From the human T2T-CHM13v2.0 reference genome, Homo sapiens: 64,000 bases of DNA. The stretch lies in NCBI RefSeq assembly GCF_009914755.1, contig NC_060947.1. The stretch is one strand, 5' to 3'. Numbering within the stretch: the stretch's first letter is position 1; the number at the start of each line of letters is the position of its first letter. Below the pieces are notes generated by a model, which worked only from the letters and a program-made list of their open reading frames with translations, had not been told where the DNA came from and did not search any database. A program made the position numbers and the translations under genes. Shown here piece after piece: positions 33,690-49,218 of this stretch.

Positions 33690-34932
33690 ACAAAATCAGG
33701 CAATAGAATCATTCTTTTATCTTGGACTTAGAAGACAAATAATACAATGAGGATATTTAAGGATATTCAGACAACTAAAGAAAACCATGTTCTAAGAATC
33801 AAAAGATGGAATGACAGTATTTTATTAAATAGAGACTATCATTGAAGAGATGAAAGTTATTTGAAAGAAAAAGCAAATAGAAATTTTGAAGTTGAAAATT
33901 AATTAAAATTAAAATTCACTAGAGGAGCTCAACATTATGTTTTAAATGGAAGAATAAAGAGGAAAGAATCAGCAGGCTTAATGATAGATCAGTTGGCATA
34001 ATTTAATCTAATGAACAGAGAGAAAAGCAAAAGAATAAAAATAAACAGTCTCAGGGACCATTGTGATACCCATCAAGCATACTAATATATGCATATGGAG
34101 AATTCCAGAACGGGAGATGAGTAAGAAAAGATGAATCAAAAAAAGTTTGAGGACATTATATCTGAAAATGTGATGAAGTTAACAAACTCTAAGTAGGACA
34201 AATGCAAAGATATCCACCCTAAATAAATGAAAAATTCAAAAGTAGCAAAGAAAAATAACCTACCCATCAACTAGAAGGAAACCACAATAACAGTGATGGA
34301 TGAGTTATCAGAAACAAGGAAGCCAGAAAACAGTGAGATGATATTTTTAAAATAATAAAAGACAGCCAACCAATACTCTTATAATTCACAGAATCTTTCA
34401 AATGTTAAGACAAAATAAAAACCTTTGCAGATAAACTAAAACTGAAAGAGAATTGTGTTGCTAGGAGATCATCTTTACAAGAAATACTACAGGGAGTTTG
34501 TCTTGGTGAAAGAAAGTGACACCAGACAATAATTCAAAGTCATATGAAAAATCAAGGAGCTCTGGTGAAGGTAATTACAAAAGACATAATAATTACAAAT
34601 TTATTATTATTTCTTCTCTTGCTTTTAAAAATAATACCCAAAACAATTATTAAATGGTATGTTTTGAATTATATATAAATGTAATATATATGACAGCAAT
34701 AGCACAAAGGAATGGAGAAGGAATAAAGCTATATTGTAACAAGAAAATGACACTCAACCATAACTGAAATCCAAAAATGGAATGAAGACTACTGGAAATG
34801 GTAAGCAGGTTAATGCAAAAGACTCTACAAATGTACTTTCCTCTTTTTTCTTGTCTTCTTTCATACACACGCACACATAAAAACACATACATACATTATA
34901 TAAAGCGAAAGCTATAGCACTGTATTGTTGGA

Positions 34933-34997
<65 letters not shown>

Positions 34998-35510
34998 CAC
35001 ACACACATAGTATACATAACTATAATAACACAGAAAAGGATTAGAGAATGCAGCTATTTTGCTGCAAACTTTTTGTATTTTACTGTAAATTAGTTAATAG
35101 ATTCTGAAGAGTTAAGATGGCTGTTTTAATCCATAAATCAGTCACTAAAAATACCTCAAAATATAGCCTAACAACTCAAAACTAATTAAAATAATATACT
35201 GGAAAAGTATATATATGTGTATATATATCTTAATTAAAATAATATACTGGAAAAGTATATATATATATATAACAAAAGTATGTAAAAGAGGAACAGAAAA
35301 AAACGAGGCATATAGAAAACATGTAGCAAATCAGGTATATAAATACAACAATTTCAGTAATAACATTAAATTTGAATGGAACAAACACTCCAATCAAACG
35401 GCAAACATGCCAGGCTGGATGCAAAAAATCAAGGATCAACAGTATGCTATATACAAAGGACACAATTAAGATTCAAATAGATTGAAACTAAAAGGATGGG
35501 AAAAGATATT
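33690..35510 (+). mobile_element. Old L1M ORF1 to ORF2 start, element G part 2
   Basis: Degraded ORF1 (CAAATAGAAATTTTGAAGTTGAAAA, GGAGAATTCCAGAA) and EN start (AAAGGATGGGAAAAGATATT). Confidence 0.65.
34936..34996. repeat. (TC)n(TA)n compound microsatellite
   Basis: Pure TC run followed directly by pure TA run. Confidence 0.97.
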
Positions 35511-35762
35511 TCCTATCTATTATTTTCCCCACTTGAGATATTGGAAAGCACTCAGCAGTCTCCACAGAGTATATACACAAGGCTTCTATTGAAAGGCAAA
35601 AGGTATAGGGCAGTGACAGTCTAAGAATGCAGACAAGCATTAAGGGTGTGAAATAAATACATTGTAGGCAACCATTGTGGATGTAGGATTGATTTCATAA
35701 TGCAAGATGCCTATGAGCCCTAATCACATACACAGACCATGCTGAATCTTGAGCTTTAATAA

Positions 35763-36383
35763 TCAAGATTTGTACAAGGAATCTTGGCTTATAGAGGTCT
35801 CAAAAACAAGCTCTCCAGAGGTGGTTTTGCTGCTGTTGTTTTTGTTGCTGATGATGATGATTTTTGTTACCCTCACCACATAATTAAGATAGACTTTCCA
35901 AACAAGTTTCAATCTATTATTAAATAAGTTGATTTGGGTTCCAAGATGGCCAAATAGGAACAGCTCCAGTCCACAGCTCCCAGCATGAGCGACGCAGAAG
36001 ATGGGTGACTTCTGCATTTCCAACTGAGGTACCAGATGCATCTCACTGGGGAGTGTTGGACAGTGGGTGCAGGACAGCGGGTGCAGTGCAATGAGAGTGA
36101 GCCAAAGCAGGGCAAGGCATCGCCTCTCCCAGGAAGTGCAAGGGGTCAGGGAATTCCCTTTCCTAGTCAAAGAAAGGGGTGACAGAAGGCACCTTGAAAA
36201 TCGGGTCACTCCCACCATAATACTGCACTTTTCCAATGGTCTTAGCAAAGGGCACACCAGGAGATTATATCCTGCACCTGGCTCAGAGGGTCCTACACCC
36301 ATGGAGCCACACTCATTGCTAGCATAGCAGTCTGAGATCAAACTGCAAGGTGACAGCGAGGCTGGAGGAGAGGTGCACAACAT
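35763..36383 (-). other. Extended L1 ORF0-like antisense ORF (206 aa) of element C
   Basis: ATG at 36383 in the ORF0 position (MLCTSPPASLSPCSLISDCYASNECGSMGVGPSEPG...VGVTRFSR); frame open to 35763. Expression unknown. Confidence 0.45.
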
Positions 36384-39300
36384 TGCTGAGGCTTGAGTAG
36401 GTAAACAAAGCAGCCAGGAATCTTGAACTGGGTGGAGCCCACCACAGCTCAAGGAGGCCTGCCTGACTCTGTAGACTCCACCTCTGGGGGCAGGGCATAG
36501 CCAAACAAAAGGCAGCAGAAACCTCTGCAGACTTAAATGTCCCTGTCTGACAGCTCTGAAGAGAGTAGTGGTTCTCCCAGCACAGTTTGAGATCTGAAAA
36601 CGGACAGACTGCCTCCTCAAGTGGGTCCCTGACCTCCAAGTAGCCTAACTGAGAGACACCCCCCAGTAGGGGCAGACTGACACCTCACACAGCTGGGTAC
36701 CCCTCTGAGATGAAGCTTCCAGAGGAATGATCAGGCAGCAACATTTGCTGTTCAGCAATATTCGTTGTTCCACAGCTTTCGTTGCTGATACCAAGGCAAA
36801 CAGGGTCTGGAGTGGACCTCCAGCAAACTCAAACAATCCTGCAGCTGATGGTCTACGCTGTTAGAAGGAAAACTAACAAAAAGAAAGGACATCCACACCA
36901 AAAATCCATCTGTTGGTCACCATAATCAAGACAAAAACTAGATAAAACCACAAAGATGGTGAAAAAACAGGGCAGAAAATCTGAAAATTCTAAAAATCAG
37001 AGCACCTCTCCCCCTCCAAAGGAACGCAGCTCCTCAACAGCAATGGAACAAAGCTGGATGGAGAATGACTTTGACGAGTTGAGAGAAGAAGGCTTCAGAT
37101 GATCAAACTTCTCTGAGCTAAAGGAGCAAGTTCGAACCCAATGCAAAGAAGTTAAAAACGTTGAAAAAAGATTAGATGAATGGCTAACTAGAATAACCAG
37201 TGTAGAGAAGTCCTTAAATGACCTGATGGAGCTGAAAACCATGGCATGAGAATGACGTGATGAATGCACAAGCTTCACTAGCTGATTTGATCAAACGGAA
37301 GAAAGGGTATCAGTGATTGAAGATCAAATGAATGAAATGAAGTGAGAACAGAAGTTTACAGAAAAAAATAGTAAAAAGAAATGAAGAAAGCATCCAAGAA
37401 ATATGGGACTATGTGAAAAGACCAAATCTACGTCTGACTGGTGTACCTGAAACTGACGGGGAGAATGGAACCAAGTTGGAAAACACTCTACAGGATATTA
37501 TCCAGGAGAACTTCCCCAATCTAGCAAGGCAGGCCAACATTCAGATCCAGGAAATACAGAGAATGCTGCAAAGATACTCCTCGAGATGAGCAACTCCAAG
37601 ACACATAATTGTCAGATTCACCAATGTTGAAATGAAGGAAAAAATATTAAGGGCAGCCAGAGAGAAAGGTTGGGTTACCCACAAAAGAAAGCCCATCAGA
37701 CTAACAGCGGATCTCTCAGCAGAAACTCTACAAACCAGAAGAGAGTGGGGGCCAATTTTCAACATTCTTAAAGAAAAGAATTTTCAACCCAGAATTTCAT
37801 ATCCAGCCAAATTAAGCTTCATAAGTGAAGGAGAAATGAAATCCTTTACAGACAAACAAATGCTGAGAGATTTTATCACTACTAGGCCTGACCTACAAGA
37901 GCTCCTGAAGGAAGCACTAAACATGGAAAGGAACAACTGGTAACAGCCACTGCAAAAACATGCCAAATTGTAAAGACCTTCAAAGCTAGGAAGAAACTGC
38001 ATCAACTAACGAGCAAAATAACCAGCTAACATCATAATGAAAGGATCAAATTCACACATACCAATATTAACCTTAAATGTCAATGGGCTAAACGCTCCTA
38101 TTAAAAGACACAGACTGGCAAATTGGATAGAGAGTCAAGACCCATCAGTGTGCTGTATTCAGGAGACCCATCTCACATGCAGAGACACACATTGGCTCAA
38201 AATAAAGGGATGGAGGAAGATCTACCAAGCAAATGGAAAACAAAAAAAGGCAGGGGTTGCAATCCTGATCTCTGATGAAACACACTTTAAACCAACAAAC
38301 ATCAAAAGAGACAAAGAAGGCCATTACATAATAAAAAAGTGATCAATTCAATAAGAAGAGCTAACTATCCTAAATACATCTGCACCCAATACAGGAGCAC
38401 CCAGATTCATAAAGCAAGTCCTGAGAGACCTACAAAGAGAATTACACTCCAACACAATAATAATGGGAGACTTTAACACCCCACTGTCAACATTAGACAG
38501 ATCAGTGAGACAGAAAGTTAACAAGGATATCCAGTAATTGAACTCAGCTCTGCACCAAGCGGACCTAATAGACATCCACAGAAGTCTTCACCCCAAATCA
38601 ACAGAATATACATTCTTCGCAGCACCACACCTCACCTATTCCAAAATTAACCACATAGTTGGAAGTAAAGCACTCCTCAGCAAATGTAAAAGAACAGAAA
38701 TTATAACAAACTGTCTCTTAGATCACAGTGCAATCAAACTAGAACTCAGGATTAATAAACTCACTCAAAACCACTCAGCTACATGGAAACTGAAGAACCT
38801 CCTCCTGAATGACTACTGGGTACATAATGAAATGAAGGCAGAAATAAAGATGTTCTTCAAAACCAATGAGAACAAAGACACAAAACACCAGAATCTCTGG
38901 GACACATTTAAAGCAGTGTGTAGAGGGAAATTTATAGCACTAAATGCCCACAAGAGAAAGCAGGAAAGATTGAAATTTGACACCCTAATATCACAATTAA
39001 AAGAACTATAGGAGCAAGAGCGAACACATTCAAAAGCTAGCAGAAGGAGAGAAATAACTCAGATCAGAGAAAAACTGAAGGAGATAGAGACACAAAAAAC
39101 CCTTCAAAATATCAACGAATCCAGGAGCTGGTTTTTTGAAAAGATCAACAAAATTGATAGACTACTAGCAAGACTAATAAAGAAGAAAAGAGAAGAATCA
39201 AATAGACACAATAAAAAATGATAAAGCGGATATCAACACCAATCCCACAGAAATACAAACTACCATCAGAGAATACTATAAGCACCTCTATGCAAATAAA

Positions 39301-41238
39301 CTAGAAAATCTAGAAGAAATGGATAAATTTCTGGACACATACACCCCCTAAGACTAAACCAGGAAGAACATGAATCCCTGAATAGACCAAAAACAGGCTC
39401 TGAAATTGAGGCAATAATTAATAGCCTACCAACCAAAAGAAGTCCAGGAGCAGATGGACTCGCAGCCAAATTCTACCAGAGGTACAAGGAGGAGCTGGTA
39501 CCATTACTTCTGAAACTATTCCAATCGATAGAAAAAGAGCGAATCCTCCCTAACTCATTTTATGAGGCCAGCATCATCCTAATACCAAAGCCTGGCAGAG
39601 ACACAACCAAAAAAGAATTTTAGACCAATATCCCTGATGAACATTGATGCAAAAATCCTCAATAAAATACTGGCAAACCGAATCCAGCAGCACATAAAAA
39701 AGCTTATCCACCATGATCAAGTGGGCTTCATCCCTGGGATGCAAGGCTGCTTCAACACACGCAAATCAATAAACGTAATCCAGCATCTAAACAGAACCAA
39801 AGACAAAAAACACATGATTTTCTCAATAGATGCAGAAAAGGGCTTCAACAATATTCAACAGCCCTTCATGGTAAAAACTCTCAATAAATCAGATATTGAT
39901 GGAATGTATCTCAAAATAATAAGAACTATTTATAACAAACTCACAGCCAATATCATACTGAATGGGAAAAAACTGGAAGCATTCCCTTTGGAAACTGGCA
40001 CAAGACAGGGATGACCTCTCTCACCACTCCTATTCAACATAGTGTTGGAAGTTATGGCCAGGGCAATGAGGCAAGAGAAAGGAATAAAGGGTATTCAATT
40101 AGGAAAAGAGGAAGTCAAATTGTCCCTGTTTGCAGATGACAAGATTGTAAATCTAGAAATCCCCATTGTCTCAACCCAAAATCTCCTTAAGCTGATAAGC
40201 AACTTCAGCAAAGTCTCAGGATACAACATCAATGTGCAAAAATCACAATCATTCTTATACACCCATAACAGATAGAGAACCAAATCATGAGTGAGCTCCC
40301 ATTCACAATTGCTTCAAAGAGAATAAAATACCTAGGAATCCAACTTACAAGGGATGTGAAGGACCTCTTCAAGGAGAACTACAAACCACTGCTCAACGAA
40401 ATAAAAGAGGATGCACATAAATGGAAGAACATTCCATGCTTATGGATAGGAAGAATCAATATCGTGAAAATGGCCATACTGCCCAAGGTAATTTATAGAT
40501 TCAATGCCATTCCCATCAACCTACAAATGGCTTTCTTCACAGAATTGGAAAAAACTACTTTAAAGTTCATATGAAACCAAAAAAGAGCCCGCATTGCCAA
40601 GTCAACCCTAAGCCAAAAGAACAAAGCTGGAGGCATCACACTACCTGACTTCAAACTATACTACAAGGCTACAGTAACCAAAACAGCATGGTGCTGGTAC
40701 CAAAACATAGATACAGACCAATGGAACAGAACAGAGCCCTCAGAAATAATACCACACATCTACAACCATCTGATCTTTGACAAACCTGACAAAAACAAGA
40801 AATGAGGAAAGGATTCCCTATTTAACAGGTGGTGCTGGGAAAACTGGCTAGCCATATGTAGAAAGCTGAAACTGGATCCCTTCCTTACACCTTATACAAA
40901 AATTAATTCAAGTTGGATTAGAGACTTAAATGTTAGACCTAAAATGATAGAAAGCTTAGAAGAAAACCTAGGCAATACCATTCAAGACATAGGCATGGGC
41001 AAGGACTTCATGTCTAAAACACCAAAAGCAATGGCAACAAAAGCCACAATTGACAAATGGAATCTAATTATACTAAGGCGCTTCTGCACAGCCAAAGAAA
41101 CTACCATCAGAGTGAACAGGCAACCTACAAAATGGGAGAAAATTTTTGCAATCTACTCATCTGACAAAGGGCTAATATGCAGAATCTACAAAGAGCTCAA
41201 ACAAATTTACAAGAAAGAAACAACTCCATCAACAAGTG
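35936..41238 (+). mobile_element. L1PA5-like element C, intact 5' end, 3' end missing
   Basis: GGGTTCCAAGATGGCCAAATAGGAACAGCTCC start; ORF1 and ORF2 fragments with stops; ends at CCATCAACAAGTG with no 3'UTR or tail. Confidence 0.96.
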
Positions 41239-44200
41239 TCCTGTAGTTTTTTTGTTGTTCTTGTGTTCTTTCATGTTTTTAATATCGTGGAGATACTGGA
41301 TTTGTACAATGATTTAGAGAGGTATTCCTCCACTTTGATTTTTTGGAATAGCCTCAGTAGGATGACACCAGATCTTTTCTGTACATCTGGCAAAACCTGA
41401 CTGTGAATCTGTCTGTTCCTGTTCTTTTGTTTGTTGGAAGATTTGTATTACTGATTAGATTAGTGATTAGATCTCTTTGTTGGAAGATTTGTATTACTGA
41501 CTAGATTTTTTTTTTTACTTGTTTGTGGTCTGTTCAGGTTTTCTATTTCTTGCTAGTTCAATCTTGAGAAGTTGTATGTTTCCAGGAAACTATCAATTTT
41601 CTCTAGATTTTCTAGTTTGTGTGCATAGAATTGTCCATATTAGTCCCTGATTGTCTTTGGTATTTCTATGGCATAAGTTGTAATATCACCTTCATCATTT
41701 CTGATTGTGCTTATTTGAATCTTCTCTGCTTCTTTTTTGTTTTTTCATTAGTCCTGCTAGGGGTCTGTCAAGTTTTTTTCTAATGCTTTCAAAGAACTAA
41801 ATTTTCTTTCATTAATCCTTTTTAGCTTTTTGTGGTCTCAATCCTATTTAGTTAATCCTGGCCATGTTATTTCTTTTCTTCTGCTAGCTTTGGATTTGGT
41901 TTGTTCATGTTTTTATATTTCCTTAAGGTGTGAATTAGTTTGTTAATTTTAGAGCTCTCTCTCCTTTTCATGTAGGCATTTAATGCTATAAACTTTCGTT
42001 TTAGCACTTTTTTGCTGTGTTTTAGATGTTTTGTTATATTGTGTCTGTTTTTATACACTTCAATTTTTTTTAAATTTCTGCCTTAATTTCATTGTTCACC
42101 CAAAAATTATTTAAGAATAAGTTGTTTAGTTTCCATGTATTAGCATAGTTTTGAGAGATTTTCTTGTTATTGCTTTCTAAATTTATTCCACTGTGGTCTG
42201 AGAAGAGACTTGATATTATTTTACCTTTTTGAATGCGTTGAGACTTGCTTTCTGGCCAAGCATATGTTCAATTTTGGAGAATGTTCCATGCACAAGTGAG
42301 CAGAATGTATATTCTGTGGTTGTTGTGTATGCTATAGTGTAAATGACTACTACGTCCATTTGATCTATAATCCAGTTAAATCTTGTTGATTTTCTGCCTT
42401 GATTATCTGTCTAGTGATATCAGTGGGGTGTTAAAGTCCCACTATTGATATGTTGCTATCAATCTATTTTCTTAGGTCTAGAAGTATATTTTTTATAAAT
42501 CTGAATGTTCCAGTGTCTGTTGCATATATAATTTAAATAAATAAATCTTCTTTTATTGGAGCTTTTCTTAATATATAATGACCTTATTTATATTTTAGTA
42601 CCATTGTTGATCTAAAGTCTGTTTTATCTGATATGAAAGTGGTTATTCCTGCTTGCTTTTGTTTTTCATTTGCATGGTGTATCTTTTTCCACCGTTTTAC
42701 TTTGAGTCTCATTGTGCCTTTGGCCAGTAGGTGGGTCTCTTGTAGACTGCAGATGGTTGGGTCTTATTTTGTGACTCTGTATCCTTTAAGTGGAGTATTT
42801 ATGCCATTTACATGCAAGATTAATATTGATATGTGAGGTTTTCTTCCTATTACAATAGTGTTAGTTATTTTGGAGTTTCCATTGTGTAATTGCTTTGTGT
42901 GATCTGTGAACTTTGTACTTATGTGTCTTTGTCTGACAGTGAGTATCTTCCATTTGTTTTCATGTTTACAATTCATTTAAGCATTTTTTGTATGTCCAAT
43001 CTAGTGGTGATTTTTTTAAAATTTTACATTAACTTCTGGGATACACGTGTAGAATATGCATCTTTGTTACATAGGTATACATGTGCCATGGTGGTTTCCT
43101 GCACCTATCCGCCCATCATTTAGGCTTTAAGCCCTGCATTTATTAGGTATTTGTCCAAATGCTCTCCCTCCCCTTGTCCCCCGCCCCCAACAGGCCTCAG
43201 TGTGTGATTTTCCCCTCCCTGTGTCCATGTGTTCTCATTGTTCAACTCCCACTTATGAGTGAGAACATGTGGTATTTGGTTTTATGTTCCTGTGTTAGTT
43301 TGCTGAGAATTATGGCTGCCAGCTTCATCCATGTTCCTGAAAAAGACAAGAGCTTGTTCTTTTTTATGGCTGCATAGTATTCCATGATATATATGTGCCA
43401 TGTTTTCTTTACCTAGTCTATCACTGATTGACATTTGGGTTAGTTCCAAGTCTTTGCTATTGTAAATAATGCTGCAATAAACATATGTGTGCATGTGTCT
43501 TTATAGTAGAATGATTTATAATCCTTCAGGTATATATGCAGTAATGGGATTTCTGGGTCAAATGGTATTTCTGGTTCTAGATCATTGAGGAATTGCCACA
43601 TTGTCTTCCACAATCATTGAACTAATTTAAAAGTGTAAAAGCATTTCTATTCCTCCACAGGCACACCAGCATCTGTTGTTTCCTGGTTTGTTAATAATCG
43701 CCATTCTAACTGGCGTGAGATGGTATCTCATTGTGGTTTTGATTTGCATTTTTCTAATGACCAGTGATAAGGAGCATTTTTTCATATATCTGCTGGCCGT
43801 ATAAATGTCTTCTTTTGAGAAGTGTCTGTTCATATCCTTCACCCAATTTTTGATGGGATTTTTTGTATCTTTCTTGAAAATTTAAATTCCCTGTAGATTG
43901 TGGATATTAGACCTTTGTCAGATCGGTAGCATGCAAATCTTTTTTTCCATTTTGTAGGTTATCTGTTCACTCTGATGCTAATTTCTTTTGCTGAGAAGAA
44001 GCTATTTAATTTGATTAGATTGCATTTGTCAACTTCAGCTTTTGTTGCAATTGCTCTTGGTGTTTTATTCATGAAGTATTTGCCCATGCCTATGTCCAGA
44101 ATGGTATTGCCTAGGGTTTCTTCTGGGTTTTTATGGTTTTGGGTTTTACATTTAAGCCTTTAATTCATACTAAGTTAATTTTTGTATAAAATGTAAGGAA

Positions 44201-46299
44201 GGGATTCAGTTTCTGTTTTCTGCATATGGCTAGCCAGTTTTTTCAGCATCATTTATTAAATAGTGCGTCTTTCCCCATTGCTTGTTTTTGTCAGGTTTAT
44301 TGAAGATCAGATGGTTGTAGCTGTGTGGTGTTATTTCTGAGGTCTCTGTTCTGTTCCATTGATCTATATATCTGTTTTGATACCAGTGCCATGCTGTTTT
44401 GGTTACTGTACCCTTGTAGTATAGTTTTAAGTCAGGTAGCATGATTCCTCCAGCTTTGTTCTTTTTGCTTAGGATTGCCGTAGCTAAATGGGCTCTTTTC
44501 TGGTTCCATATGAAATTTAAAGTAGTTATTTTTAATTCTGTGAAGAAAGTCAATGATAGCTTGATGGGAATAGCATTGAATCTATGAATTACTTTGGGCA
44601 ATATGGCCATTTTCAGGATATTGATTCTTCCTATCCATGAGCTTGAATTGTTTTTCCATTTGTTTATGTCCTTTCTTATTTCCTTGAGCAGTGTTTTGTA
44701 GTTCTCCTTGAAGAGGTCTTTCACGTCTAATGGAAGTTGTATTCCTAGGTATTTTATTCTCTTTGTAGCAATTGTGAATGGGAGTTCAATCATGATTTGG
44801 CTGTCTGCTTGTCTATTGTTTGTGTATAGGAATGCTTGGGATTTTTGTACATCGATTTTGTATCCTGAGACTTTGCTGAAGTTGCTTATCAGCAACTTAA
44901 GGAGTTTTTGAGCTGAGACAATTAAGTTTTCTAAATATACAATAACGTCATCTGCAAACAGAGACAATTTGACTTCCTCTTTTTCTACTTGAATACCCTT
45001 TATTTATTTTTCTTGCCTGATTTCCCTGGCCAGAACTTCCAATACTGTGTTGAATAGGAGTGGTGAGAGAGGGCATCCTTGTCTTCTGCTGGGTTTCAAA
45101 GGGAATGCTTCCAGCTTTTACCCATTCAGTATGATATCGGCTATAAGTTTGTCATAAATAGTTCTTATTATTTTGAGATGTGTTCCATCAATACCTAGTT
45201 TATTGAGAGCTTTTAGCATGAAAGGGTGTTGAATTTTATCAAAGGCCCTTTCTGCATCTATCATGTGGATTTTGTCACTGGTTCTGTTTATCTGATGGAT
45301 TACGTTTTGATTTTCATATATTGAACCAGCCTTGCATCCCAGGGATGAAGCCGACTTGATCATGGTTTATAAGCTTTTTGATGTGTTGCTGAGTCCGTTT
45401 TGCCAGTATTTTATTGAGGATTTTCACATTGATGTACATCAGAGATGGTGGCCTGAAATTTTCCTTTTTTGTTGTGTCTCTTCCAGGTTTTGTTATCAGG
45501 AAGATGCTGGCCTCATAAGATGCATTAAGGAGGAGGCCTTCTTATTCTATTGTTTGGAATAGTTTCAGAAGGAATGGTACCAGCTCCTCTTTGTATATAT
45601 GGTAGAATTTGACTGTGAATCTGTCTGGTCCTGGGCTTTTTAAATTGATGTTCTTGGACTTTTTTTTTTTTAATTACTGCCTCAATTTCAGAATTTGTTA
45701 TTGGTCTATTCAGGGTTTCTAATTCTTCCTGGTTTAGTCTTCAGAGGGTGTATGTGTCCAGGAATTTATCCATTTCCTCTGTGTTTTCTAGTTTATTTGC
45801 ATAGAGGTGTTTACAGTATTCTCTGATGGTAATTTGTATTTCTGTGGAATCAGTGGTGATATCGCCTTTATCATTTTTTATTATGTCTATTTGTTTGTTC
45901 TCTATTTTTTTCATTATTAGTCTATATAGTGATCTATTTATTTTGTTAATCTTTTCAAAAAACCTGTTCCTGGAGTCATTGATTTTTTTGAAGGGTTTTT
46001 CATGTCTCAATCTCTTTCAGTTCTGCTCTGATCTTAGTTATTTGTTTTTTAATTTTTAATAATATGTTATTTATGTTATAGTATTGGCTTAAAAGACACA
46101 ATAATATAATTACACTGCTACATATTCATGAAAAATTATTTCATCAACAAAGCAGGATATTAAGCTGTAATGGGTACAGCTTTTAATAATCATATATTTA
46201 CTTAGTAGAAAAAAATCTGGACTACTATAAACTAAAACATTTACTGTGGCTGTTTTTGTTTTGATTTATACTTTCTTTTGTTTATTGCTATGTTCTAAA

Positions 46300-49218
<2,919 letters not shown>

